From Candidatus Thorarchaeota archaeon (lineage in GTDB: Archaea > Asgardarchaeota > Thorarchaeia > Thorarchaeales > Thorarchaeaceae), in contig JAEOUG010000130.1 in assembly GCA_016839445.1 (NCBI GenBank), positions 1-48,166 of the forward strand: 48,166 bases of DNA, given 5' to 3'. Numbering within the stretch: the stretch's first letter is position 1; every line of letters begins with the position of its first letter. The notes under the pieces were generated by a model. It had not been told where the DNA came from and did no database searches. It saw nothing but the letters and a program-made list of their open reading frames with translations. Made by a program: the position numbers and the translations under genes. Shown one piece after another: positions 8,564-18,187 of this stretch.

Positions 8564-10909
8564 TTACAGCATCTCTCTTGCAGCAGCTGTGGCAACCTGA
8601 CCTACGGAAACTCCACCGTCACCAGGAGGTATCTGCCTATGAATCATGAAGGTGTAGTCTTCATCGAGCACTCGATTCCGTATGGACTGGGTGATAATCC
8701 GGTTGAGTGCAACACCACCTGAAAAGGCAACGATCTCGACTCCCTCTCTGTCAGCCACTTCACATGCAATGTCTGCGAGGGATTGACCCAGATGATACTG
8801 AATCATATATGCCAAGTCAGGGACAGCCACTCCTCCTCTTCTGAGGTCCAGTAAATCCCTAAGCGATTGAGTAGTGTCAAGGACTCTACCATACTCGCTG
8901 CTTGTGAAAGATGGTTCAATTCTCTGGTCTGTTTCCCGTGCTACTGCCTCCAGTTTCATTGGACACTCGGCATCATAGCTATTCTCCGCACACACACCCA
9001 GAAGCGCAGAAGCAGCATCCAAGAAGCGTCCCGCGCTTGAGCTACGAACCATGCCGATATCATGGAGGATGGATGAGGACATCATGTCAACTGTGTCTCT
9101 GTTCAGGGATTGCGATTCAGCAATAGGGTACCCTTCCAGAAGATCAAGAATCTCATGATTGGACATTTCAGATTGGAGAATACCGTGCGCAGCTCTTGCA
9201 GCGTACCTGGCTGAGAGATCTCCACCCGAGTATTTCTGAGCTCTGAGACCACCTCTTCTATCTGATTGACTCATGTTTCCGAAGAGAATCTCACCCCCCC
9301 ACCCGGATGAATCCGTTCCGTATCCATACCCGTCTGCTGTAATACAAGCAATACTAGTATCAGGGTTTAGTCCATTATCAATACTCACTGATGCAAGATG
9401 TGCATGATGATGTGGCACACGATGCAGAGATGCATCGTGAACCTCTGCCAGCGACTCTGCAAACTCCGTACTCAGGAACTCAGGATGTAGGTCACACGCG
9501 ATGGCATCAAGACTTCGTATGTCTAGTAGATGCAGCATGTGATCAATGGCACTCCTCAAGAAATCCAGGCTTTCAACAGTGTCAGTGTCCCCGATGTGTT
9601 GAGTGAGGTAGACTCTGCTATTGCTGAGGATTGAGGCGGTCGCCTTTTCTTCAGGTCCAACTCCTAGAATCTTGATTCTTCCTGAAGCCCCCTCGAAGAG
9701 GATTGGCTCAGGAACATGCCCCCTTGCTCGCCGAATGAAGACAGCACTCTCTGGGCCCACCATCTTGACAACAGAGTCGTCTGCCCGCTGATGTATCACC
9801 CTGTTGTGCACAAGGGAGTAGTCAACGATATTTCCAAGTTCACGTACTATGCGTTCCCTATCTACGTACATGGGCAGACCCGAGGGGTTCGCGCTGGTCA
9901 TCACGAGGGCTGGCTCCTGTGTGAACTTGAAGAGGAGATGATGAGCGGGAGCGTACGGCAGCATAATCCCTATTGTATCGAGACCTGGCGCAATCAGATC
10001 GAGGCTCTCGTCTGGTATCACAGATAGTGCAGAGCCATCTCTTTTCACTAGAACAATGGGGCGTCGCCACGATGTGAGGATCTCTCTCTCTATTTCACCT
10101 ATCTCCGCAAAGCTCCTTGCAGCTGCTAAGTCACGTACCATGATGGCAAATGGCCGCTGTAGTCTCTTCTTGCGTTCTCTCAGAAGTTGAATGGCTGCGC
10201 TTGTACTGGTTGCAGTACAGATGTGCGTGCCAGTTATTCCTTGGATGGCCACTATTGCTCCATTACGTAGAAGCATGGACGCGTCCCTGACAGGATCGTC
10301 TGAAGATACTCGGACACTTCCTTTGAGGAGTTGGTACCCCGGACCGCAGACCTCACAAGCTGTAGTCTGAGCATGATAACGTCGGTCAAGAGGGTCTGTA
10401 TAACCGGTATTACAAGTATCACAGAGCGGGAAGTCTACCATGGTAGTGTTCGGCCTATCATAAGGGAGATCAGTGATTGTCGAGAATCTGGGTCCACACG
10501 CGGCGCATGAAGTGAATGGATACTGATACCAGCGGGAAGATGAATCACTCATGTCCTTGACACAGTCGTCGCAAATCGCGATGTCTGGTGGGAGAATGGG
10601 CACAGCGTCCTGGCTTCGAGTTTCTGATGATTTCACAATCTCGAAGGAGCTGTAGACCTCCTCAGATTCTACCCATCCTATGTCTATCGATTCGATAGTT
10701 GATATTGAAGGTGGACTCTTTGTGATGGTTGAGATGAACTCATCGATGTCTATCTTACTTCCCTGCACTACAATCTCGACACCTGCATCACCTAGGTTCA
10801 AGACGTATCCTGAGAGGTTCAGTGACTTGGCCACTCGATACACGAAGGGCCTGAAGCCGACTCCTTGCACAATTCCTGTGACGTGGATTCTGGCTTCGCT
10901 TTTGGGCAT
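8564..10909 (-). CDS. hypF: Carbamoyltransferase HypF
   Basis: GIVQGVGFRPFVY acylphosphatase domain, two CxxC-x18-CxxC zinc fingers, MTSAN, HHHAH, DGYGYG.D...WGGE, PPGDGG.SVGQ. Confidence 0.95.
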   Translation of the reverse strand: MPKSEARIHVTGIVQGVGFRPFVYRVAKSLNLSGYVLNLGDAGVEIVVQGSKIDIDEFISTITKSPPSISTIESIDIGWVESEEVYSSFEIVKSSETRSQDAVPILPPDIAICDDCVKDMSDSSSRWYQYPFTSCAACGPRFSTITDLPYDRPNTTMVDFPLCDTCNTGYTDPLDRRYHAQTTACEVCGPGYQLLKGSVRVSSDDPVRDASMLLRNGAIVAIQGITGTHICTATSTSAAIQLLRERKKRLQRPFAIMVRDLAAARSFAEIGEIEREILTSWRRPIVLVKRDGSALSVIPDESLDLIAPGLDTIGIMLPYAPAHHLLFKFTQEPALVMTSANPSGLPMYVDRERIVRELGNIVDYSLVHNRVIHQRADDSVVKMVGPESAVFIRRARGHVPEPILFEGASGRIKILGVGPEEKATASILSNSRVYLTQHIGDTDTVESLDFLRSAIDHMLHLLDIRSLDAIACDLHPEFLSTEFAESLAEVHDASLHRVPHHHAHLASVSIDNGLNPDTSIACITADGYGYGTDSSGWGGEILFGNMSQSDRRGGLRAQKYSGGDLSARYAARAAHGILQSEMSNHEILDLLEGYPIAESQSLNRDTVDMMSSSILHDIGMVRSSSAGRFLDAASALLGVCAENSYDAECPMKLEAVARETDQRIEPSFTSSEYGRVLDTTQSLRDLLDLRRGGVAVPDLAYMIQYHLGQSLADIACEVADREGVEIVAFSGGVALNRIITQSIRNRVLDEDYTFMIHRQIPPGDGGVSVGQVATAAAREML

Positions 10910-11034
10910 CCTTCGAATCACGATGACAACCGATTCCGTGAGGATATTAATGCAGTGAAGCAACCAATCAGATGGTTCTCCACAATCTATGTAGGTCCTC
11001 TTAAGGCCGGAGGAGAGCTAATCTCTGACTCAGC

Positions 11035-11448
11035 TTGACAAGCAATTCAGAGGGCAGGACACAATTCAAGGAGCCGAAGCCCACACCATCTATACTAGCA
11101 TCCATACCAGACTGTCTGAGGGCCACATTGGCGGAGTCTGTGATTCCGGATCGTGAGAAACGGAAATCGGTTCTAGTGTCAAGTAATAGTCTCGCAAACA
11201 AGTTCATTTTCATCAGATGGGGAATAAGGCCTTCACAACGCAGAAGATACAGAAACTTGTTCACTTCAATAAGAAAGCACTGCCGTGTTCTTTTCCAACA
11301 CTATCTCTTGCGAGGCCGCTTGGAATGGACCATTGGGAGTGAGCATCGCATCTTCGGGGTTTACAAGTTCGATGAGATTCGAGGTAATCTGATACTTGGG
11401 TTTGTACATGTAAAGCCAGGCGCCGAGTGGACTCTGCCGTCGAGATAA
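11035..11448 (+). CDS. Hypothetical basic protein
   Basis: 137-aa Arg/Lys-rich ORF filling the gap; no recognisable motif. Confidence 0.6.
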   Translation: MTSNSEGRTQFKEPKPTPSILASIPDCLRATLAESVIPDREKRKSVLVSSNSLANKFIFIRWGIRPSQRRRYRNLFTSIRKHCRVLFQHYLLRGRLEWTIGSEHRIFGVYKFDEIRGNLILGFVHVKPGAEWTLPSR

Positions 11449-11635
11449 TACTTGTAATACACTTCTCTTAAGCAGCAGTACCAGAGATGCAACCAAAGTA
11501 CACCAGCTGACACCACAGACAGGTTCTTGTATACGAAAGTGTATCCACACAGAGCAACAGCTGTAGTCCTTCAGAAAACGTCTGAAAAGCCTCTGAACGA
11601 CTTCAGGAACAAGCTAAGACGGAAGTAGGACTAAG

Positions 11636-12181
11636 ATGACATTAGGAACCAAGGACGACAAAGCCGATAGCCGAGCCGTCCACAAGCTCGTATCAGATGC
11701 ACGAAGCGTCCTCAAAGAGCCTATTCTGCAGCGTCTTCAGGCAGGGTCCACATTGAGTGAAGCCCAACTGGAAACACTAATCATAGATCTCCTCGTCGAG
11801 GACGCGCTAGGCGGCCGCATCAGCTACGATGACAAGGCATCGCATAGGCGACGACAGGGAGAGCGCACAAGAGGTGTGTCACGGGGAGCTTTCAACAGGA
11901 CTCTGCGTCAGGGTAGACGGAACGTTACTCGCTGTCTCTACACCATGCTTCTACTGACATACCTTGGAATCTTTGAGTTGAACATATTCAGACCGTTTGA
12001 GGAAGTGGCGTCACGAATAGGTGACTACCGGAGAATCCGCGAAGTGCTATCAGGTAAGAGTGATCTCACACCTGAGGATCTGGAGAGTCTTCGAGTTACG
12101 GAAGTTTCGGTTGACGAGGCCCTGGAGGAACTTGCATCATCCCTCTCGTTGAAGACTGAAATCTCGAAGCGAAGAGATTGA
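11636..12181 (+). CDS. Putative helix-turn-helix DNA-binding protein (archaeal hypothetical family)
   Basis: LSEAQLETL...SYDDKA...GVSRGAFNRTLRQGRRN resembles a sigma4/LuxR-like HTH. Confidence 0.6.
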   Translation: MTLGTKDDKADSRAVHKLVSDARSVLKEPILQRLQAGSTLSEAQLETLIIDLLVEDALGGRISYDDKASHRRRQGERTRGVSRGAFNRTLRQGRRNVTRCLYTMLLLTYLGIFELNIFRPFEEVASRIGDYRRIREVLSGKSDLTPEDLESLRVTEVSVDEALEELASSLSLKTEISKRRD

Positions 12182-12542
12182 CACGTGAAAAAGATTGGCT
12201 CGAGCGTGTCGCACAAGACGCACCGATTGGGCACAAGATTCCAATAGGTCATCTTGGAGGTTTTTTGAGGAGATAGAGATGACATACCATGACGAGCGCC
12301 CGAATCGCCGTTGAAGACGAGCTTCATCGACGCCGGTGTCGGATCATTAGTACGACACACTCATACAATCTTGCGTTACAATGGTACATAGTTCTAATCT
12401 TAGAACGAGTGTTCTCCTCTTCATGAGGGCATCAACGTTCTTCAATGTGGCTAGGTTGATACGTGTAATACAATAAATACACTCGATTCCTACTTAAACC
12501 TAGGACGCTATCGAAGGGAAGCAATCAATCCGCCCGGGTGAG

Positions 12543-13802
12543 GTGAATCTGACGACGAGAGATGACCGTCCATGGTTTCTCGAGGTGTTGAAGAAACGAA
12601 TTCGTGAAGCAGAGAGTAACGAGCATTTGGTCCTCCTAGTCAATGCAATTGCAGACAGGAGAATCAGAGACCTGAGCGACATCGTGAGCGAGATGGAGAG
12701 TTCGTTGGGCTGGGAGCAAGTCGTTGCGTATCTTTACCAAGCAGTGACCAAGGAATACCCAACACCTTTTGATCTAGGTCAGAAGAATGCAAGACTGGAG
12801 CCTCTCAAGTATAGAGAAGTCCTCTTCGAGCTGTTCTCCTGCAAGGGCTTCGAACCCGTGGATGTTGATACTGGCAAGGTCCTGGATCTGGCGTCCTCCG
12901 AGTCCTCGTTGATCGACGCCTCACGTTCAATCTTTCAGGAACTCAAGACCAAGGCTTCAGAGCAGATAGCAGAGTGTGACGTGACGTTCTTTGAAGCCAA
13001 TACAATGGATACAGACTTTCCGGATGACTTGCAGTCCCTCTTGAGCTCTGCCTTGGAGAAGCAGATCAAGGAGGTCCGTCTTGAACAGCGAGGTCATGAG
13101 ATTGACGTTTGGCCGCTGTGGAATACTCATGCTGGGCTGAAAGCCCTTGTTGACGTCGGAGTAAAGGGACGCTTTATAGACAATGATAGCGTGTCCATGG
13201 TATTATCCGTATTACAGAGTTCTGTTCCCGTGTCTTACACTATCCAGGAGGTTCAGAAGTTTGCACGCGCGCCAGCTTCGAGGTATCCTGCCCACGAGGA
13301 CTACGGGAGTCTTCTCAGAAGTCTGATGGACCAAGACATCCTTGGTCTTATGAATCTGGGCAGCAGACTCGCGGTCCCAACGCTTTCATACATCCTCAGT
13401 GAACAGGTTTCAGATTACATGGAGAGAGGTATGCGTACTAGCGAAACACTTCGAAACCTCCTCCGAACGGTGACAGCACACACAAGAATTCGCTCGGTTG
13501 AGTCAGTGATACCACTAGGGAATCTCTGCTATTTTGGCGAGCCACACCTGACCACACCTGCAATCGTTGCTCTCTCGAACTTCTACGATCAATCAGCAGT
13601 GCATGCTCTCGCAGCTCTTCTTTGTACTACAGCTAGTGATGCTGTTGTTCGGGAAACTAGCAAAGCCATCATGAACATCAGCACCAGCTGCGCGGAAGCA
13701 ACCCATGTCCTCAACCAGACTCTTACTCAGGAATGCAGACACCCAGCTAGGATACGGAAGCTTCTAAGAAGTATCCCGTTTCGCCGTAGGTATTATCTGT
13801 AA
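12543..13802 (+). CDS. Hypothetical helical protein with HEAT-like C-terminus
   Basis: 419-aa ORF. C-terminal segments SVIPLG..AIVALSNF..AVHALAALL resemble HEAT/PBS repeats. Confidence 0.6.
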   Translation: MNLTTRDDRPWFLEVLKKRIREAESNEHLVLLVNAIADRRIRDLSDIVSEMESSLGWEQVVAYLYQAVTKEYPTPFDLGQKNARLEPLKYREVLFELFSCKGFEPVDVDTGKVLDLASSESSLIDASRSIFQELKTKASEQIAECDVTFFEANTMDTDFPDDLQSLLSSALEKQIKEVRLEQRGHEIDVWPLWNTHAGLKALVDVGVKGRFIDNDSVSMVLSVLQSSVPVSYTIQEVQKFARAPASRYPAHEDYGSLLRSLMDQDILGLMNLGSRLAVPTLSYILSEQVSDYMERGMRTSETLRNLLRTVTAHTRIRSVESVIPLGNLCYFGEPHLTTPAIVALSNFYDQSAVHALAALLCTTASDAVVRETSKAIMNISTSCAEATHVLNQTLTQECRHPARIRKLLRSIPFRRRYYL

Positions 13803-13856
13803 TACACACGAGTGACACGCGATAGACATAAGATAATGGTGAGTGCCAAATGAGTC

Positions 13857-15245
13857 ATGACAGATGACCAAGCTGATTTGTTTGAATCCGTTGATCCCTT
13901 CTTCAATCCCAAACGAATCGCTTTGGTCGGTGCATCAGCGGACTACAAGAAGCTGGGCAACTCAATCCTGATGAACCTACTCGCCTCAGAAGTTGAGGTC
14001 TTCCCGATTACTCACAGCAGAGAAACTGTCCTTGGAGTGAAGGCCTATGGTAGCCTTTTGGATCTCCCGAAATCTGTTGATCTAGTAATAATCGCAGTAG
14101 CAGCCAAGTACTGTGCGCAGTTGATGCCAGAGGTCAAGAAGGCTGGAGCACGAAACGCAGTAGTAATATCGGGTGGCTTCAGTGAAACCGGTCCTGAAGG
14201 GGAGCAGCTAGAGAGGGACATGATACTGGCCGCTCAGCAATCAGGTGTACGCATAATTGGGCCTAACTGCGTCGGCGTGTCCAACAGTCGTGTCTTCAAC
14301 GGAACTTTCACAATGATGCCAGAGCGAGGGAACATTGCATTTGTTTCGCAAAGCGGCGCTTTGGGCGGAATGAGCATATACCTGACAAGAGCAAGAAGAA
14401 TAGGAATGAGCAAGTTTGCCAGCATAGGTAATGCGGCTGACATCAGCTTTCCAGAGATTCTGGACTACTTCCGTCTTGACTCAAAGACTAGTGTAGTCGC
14501 CGCCTACATGGAAGGAGTCGAGGACGGGCGGAGTCTCTTCGAAGCATTAGCGCGCGCGGCAAAAGACAAGCCAGTAGTCGTGCTCAAAGGTGGAAAGAGC
14601 GATGCTGGAAGTCGTGCCACACAATCACACACAGGTTCGTTGGCTGGGTCCTCTCAGGTCTTTGATGGGATGATTCAACAGGCCGGATGCGTAACCGCTC
14701 CTACTCTTGACACTCTCTTCGAGATCTGCAAGCTCTTCGACTATCAACCACTTCCCAAGGGGAATCGCATCGGTATTATTAGTAATACAGGCGGTGCCGG
14801 AGTGCTTGCCGCCGATGCCTGCGCTTACTACGGGTTGACGGTCACGAATCTGTCTGAAGACACCAGCCACGAGCTTCGTCAGGTCCTGCCTCCTATGGCT
14901 TCTAATCAGAACCCAATCGATGTAGTGGCAAGCGGAGGCCGAAGAGAGTATCGCATCGCCACAGAGCTTCTTCTGAGAGATTCCAACGTTGACGTTCTTC
15001 TGGCAATCTGCGGGGTGCCTACATTCGCAGGTATGACCCAGACTGAGCATGCGGCTGGAACACTTGAAGGTCTACGCCAAGCATCTCAGGGCAAACCGGT
15101 GGTCGGAGTCTGGCTGGCCGGTGATGTTGGCAAACCGGGAAAGGATCTCCTGGAGATGAATCGAGTTCCCTGCTATGATGATCCTTCAACCGCCGCCCTC
15201 TGCGTATCTCGAGTAGTTCAATATGCACTGATGCACGAAATGTAA
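13857..15245 (+). CDS. acdA: ADP-forming acyl/acetyl-CoA synthetase alpha subunit
   Basis: IALVGAS, ISGGFSE, RIIGPNC.G, SQSGA, SIGN.AD, SHTGSLAG phospho-His motif, NPID. Confidence 0.88.
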   Translation: MTDDQADLFESVDPFFNPKRIALVGASADYKKLGNSILMNLLASEVEVFPITHSRETVLGVKAYGSLLDLPKSVDLVIIAVAAKYCAQLMPEVKKAGARNAVVISGGFSETGPEGEQLERDMILAAQQSGVRIIGPNCVGVSNSRVFNGTFTMMPERGNIAFVSQSGALGGMSIYLTRARRIGMSKFASIGNAADISFPEILDYFRLDSKTSVVAAYMEGVEDGRSLFEALARAAKDKPVVVLKGGKSDAGSRATQSHTGSLAGSSQVFDGMIQQAGCVTAPTLDTLFEICKLFDYQPLPKGNRIGIISNTGGAGVLAADACAYYGLTVTNLSEDTSHELRQVLPPMASNQNPIDVVASGGRREYRIATELLLRDSNVDVLLAICGVPTFAGMTQTEHAAGTLEGLRQASQGKPVVGVWLAGDVGKPGKDLLEMNRVPCYDDPSTAALCVSRVVQYALMHEM

Positions 15246-15262
15246 TACAAGTGATACGACAA

Positions 15263-15556
15263 CTACGACTCGAGGTACTCACGAGCAATCTGAGGAAACT
15301 CATGGGTGACAGCCTCACGGAGCTGTTTCTCCACCCACATGCTCAGGTTGATTGCCTTGTTCTCACGGATTGCCTTCAGGCAGTCCCTTAGGTCTGTGGG
15401 TATTGAGAACGATACGATTGGGCTTTTCCGCTCCTTGTTTGGAATGGCTGATGAAGCGTCCTCTGGAGGCTGGCTACGATAGTCGTCGCGCTCAGTCTTC
15501 TGGTCTTCATCATCCTTCTCAGCTTCCTCACGTCTGTACTTTCCAAGTAGACTCAT
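15263..15556 (-). CDS. Ribbon-helix-helix protein with disordered charged N-terminus
   Basis: C-terminal IVSFSIP-TDLRDCLKAIRENK-AINLSMWVEKQLREAV gives an alternating beta strand + helix + turn + helix. The ATG directly abuts the ATPase stop. Confidence 0.7.
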   Translation of the reverse strand: MSLLGKYRREEAEKDDEDQKTERDDYRSQPPEDASSAIPNKERKSPIVSFSIPTDLRDCLKAIRENKAINLSMWVEKQLREAVTHEFPQIAREYLES

Positions 15557-16531
15557 CTATTGAACCTCCCTCAGTATGGTTGCATATGCTTCCGAAACTA
15601 GCGTGGCAATTTCTCCTGTTACAGAAGGATCTCCTTTAGCCCGGAAGTTTTCAGCGGCTACTTGCTGGCATCCTCGAGCCAACATTCTGATGTCTCGTGG
15701 ATTCCCCTTGGCGGCGGCATTGATGACCTTGACAGATTCATCAGTGAAGGGAAAGACATCGAAATCCTCAGGATTGAACGTGTCAATCTTGTTCTGGGCG
15801 TATGCAATCCTTCTCCCAATGAATTCCCTCGCCTTTGCGTCGTTCAAGGGAGGGACATCCAGCGGTTCGGTCCGATCCGCTATCTGAGGAAGGAAGGAGA
15901 GCATCGCATTCCAGTAGAGCATTGTACCTGACATTACTAGTGTGACGATTGGCTCATCCAGTGCTCCCTTGTAGGTATCGACCATCTCTTCGGTAGGCAA
16001 GTCTGCCAAGTACCTGAGCTTGTGGAATGCAGCCTCCTGGTTGTCGGCCACATCTTCAATGAAGAGAGCTGTCCTGCTCTTCTCTTCAACATATCTTCGA
16101 AGACTCTCTTTAGCCACAGCGTCAATTATCTGGCTTGACTCCCACGACCTCCGGTACTTCACTCGTAGCGAGTCAGCTATGGCGGCTGCCATCTGCTTCT
16201 CGTAGAGACCGGTCATCCCAACATATCCAGTGACAAACTTGTTGCCTCTGCGGTCCGCCAATGTAGGAAGGTCTCTGAGTGCTAGGAGCATCAATGTGCT
16301 CTTCCCTGATCCAACTGGTCCCCTGATGAACACATGACGCTCATTTGTGATGATCAGATCTACAATCGAATCTAGGAAGTCGCTGTCTTCAATATACAGC
16401 CGACTATCGGGCATCTTGAAGCCGCGGAAGGGCGAGAATCTTGCGCCGATTCGTTCCTCCCAAGCCCGAAGTACTTCCTTCCTTGTGTTGAAGTGGCGAA
16501 TCAATGCACTCTCATGGATTGCTATCGTCAT
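15557..16531 (-). CDS. ExeA/GspA-like AAA+ ATPase (AAA_22 type), soluble
   Basis: SPF, Walker A GPVGSGKST, variant Walker B LFIEDV, LVMSG, IADR Arg finger, PLN..AREFIGRR, FT, GNPRDI sensor-2. Confidence 0.8.
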   Translation of the reverse strand: MTIAIHESALIRHFNTRKEVLRAWEERIGARFSPFRGFKMPDSRLYIEDSDFLDSIVDLIITNERHVFIRGPVGSGKSTLMLLALRDLPTLADRRGNKFVTGYVGMTGLYEKQMAAAIADSLRVKYRRSWESSQIIDAVAKESLRRYVEEKSRTALFIEDVADNQEAAFHKLRYLADLPTEEMVDTYKGALDEPIVTLVMSGTMLYWNAMLSFLPQIADRTEPLDVPPLNDAKAREFIGRRIAYAQNKIDTFNPEDFDVFPFTDESVKVINAAAKGNPRDIRMLARGCQQVAAENFRAKGDPSVTGEIATLVSEAYATILREVQ

Positions 16532-16723
16532 TGTTAGTCACTCCGAACCATCGTATCACAAGTAGTGCTTGTAATACACAAGTCCGTATGCTGGCCGAAA
16601 TATAAAACGTGTGGTAAAGGGACCCAGTTAGTCTCAATCACGGTACACAACCTTTTTGAATGGAAGGAATCGGCTGCTAGCATATCACTCAAACACTGAG
16701 TCTATCACGAGGAGCCAAATACG

Positions 16724-17002
16724 GTGGACACAGAAAGGATCCAACATATCATGACATCTGTCATGATTCTCTCTTTCCTGATATTCGGAGCGCTCGCTGG
16801 AATAGTCCTGATATCTGACGCTCGGCTGACCAACGCTACTGTTTCGTTACCCTTCGCGTTCCTGTTCATCTCCATTGTCACTTTCATCATCACTGGACAG
16901 ATTGAGGAAAAGCCCAACTTGGCGCGCAAGTATCTCTGGAATTGGCTCATCATATGCATCCTTGGAATCGTCATTAGCGCTCTCGCCTTCACGTTCTACT
17001 AG
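16724..17002 (+). CDS. Small membrane protein (3 TM)
   Basis: Three hydrophobic stretches. GGAG upstream. Confidence 0.7.
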   Translation: MDTERIQHIMTSVMILSFLIFGALAGIVLISDARLTNATVSLPFAFLFISIVTFIITGQIEEKPNLARKYLWNWLIICILGIVISALAFTFY

Positions 17003-17040
17003 AGGAACAATCCAAATCAGGATTCTTGATGTGAATCACG

Positions 17041-17673
17041 ATGAGCAAGATTCTGCCTGGGACCAAGACCACGAGGATGGAGCTTCTGGCTCTCAAGAAC
17101 AGAATGAAGCTTGCAGAACGTGGACATGATCTACTCCGCGAGAAACGTGACTCATTGATAATGGAGTTCTTCAATGCGATAGCAGAAATCAAAGACGCTA
17201 GGGAGAGAGTTGACGAAACACTTGCAGATGCGTTCTCCGCCCTCACACAGGCCAAGATGGTGATGGGCCCGGCGAAAGTCGTCGAGTTCTCATATGCAAG
17301 CAAATTCGCGGCAGAGCTCCATATCAATACTCGATCAATGATGGGCGTGAGAGTCCCGGTCCTCTCCGTGGAACAGCATATTCCAGACTTGCCGTACTCG
17401 TTGTCTGACTCGAGTGCGAAGTTCGACGTCATGAGCCAGAAGTTCAAAGAAGCACTGAAAGCAATAGTCCGTCTGGCAGAAGTCGAGTCGACAGTGAAGC
17501 GTCTGGCACTAGAGATTGAGAGAACCAAGCGACGAGTATCGGCTCTCGAAACCGTAGTGATACCACGCCTTGATGCCACAGTCCGATTTGTCAAACTCGC
17601 TCTCGAAGAACGGGAGCGTGAGGACTTCGTGCGATTGAAGATGGTCCGCGATTGGATTACCAAGGATAACTGA
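17041..17673 (+). CDS. atpD: A/V-type ATP synthase subunit D
   Basis: TRMELL.LK.R.KLA.RGH.LL.EKRD.L, EIERTKRRV.ALE..VIP, LEE.EREDF.RLK. Confidence 0.95.
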   Translation: MSKILPGTKTTRMELLALKNRMKLAERGHDLLREKRDSLIMEFFNAIAEIKDARERVDETLADAFSALTQAKMVMGPAKVVEFSYASKFAAELHINTRSMMGVRVPVLSVEQHIPDLPYSLSDSSAKFDVMSQKFKEALKAIVRLAEVESTVKRLALEIERTKRRVSALETVVIPRLDATVRFVKLALEEREREDFVRLKMVRDWITKDN

Positions 17674-17705
17674 TTCTGTAATAGGAGTATTACAGTTCCA
17701 TCGAG

Positions 17706-18089
17706 CTAGGTTCGTCGCAGTTTGAGTATGGCAGCCGCCAAGTCCCCTTCCGTTTCAATCAGTGCCTGCCTAGCTACTTCTATATCAACACCTGTCTGGC
17801 CTGCAACCAACGCCGCATCTTCCATTGGAATCTCAATCTCCTGCGGTGTTTCATCCTCTGGAATCTCGGCCCTTTCTTCCCCTCTTCCCCTCTCACTCTT
17901 CGTTCCTGTCACCTGATATGACTCTACACCGCTTTGCTTGATTGAAGTGACCTGTGGGTTCGCAATCACCCATTCCTTGTCATCAAACCGGAAGATGACC
18001 TCTTTCACCCCAGGAATCTCCTTCTGTTCGATTCCCATCTTCTTCATCATTCTTGCCATCTGCTTTGGTGAGAGTCCTCTATATCCCAT
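17706..18089 (-). CDS. nac: Nascent polypeptide-associated complex protein
   Basis: PKQMARMMKKMGI, VIFR, NPQV and UBA-like ED..LV..QTGV....ARQAL....GDLA.AI. Confidence 0.92.
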   Translation of the reverse strand: MGYRGLSPKQMARMMKKMGIEQKEIPGVKEVIFRFDDKEWVIANPQVTSIKQSGVESYQVTGTKSERGRGEERAEIPEDETPQEIEIPMEDAALVAGQTGVDIEVARQALIETEGDLAAAILKLRRT

Positions 18090-18187
18090 TGTTCACACCA
18101 TCATTCAGATCGAATCAGAAACTGATTCTAGTCTGCCATAGCAGCACAGGTAGGCACTGATAAAACGATTTTGCTGCAAGAGCGACT

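Noticed and set aside
15557-16531. ATPase as Orc1/Cdc6 or a transposon (TnsC/IstB/MuB) helper
   Set aside because: No C-terminal winged-helix as in Orc1, and no transposase or terminal inverted repeats nearby.
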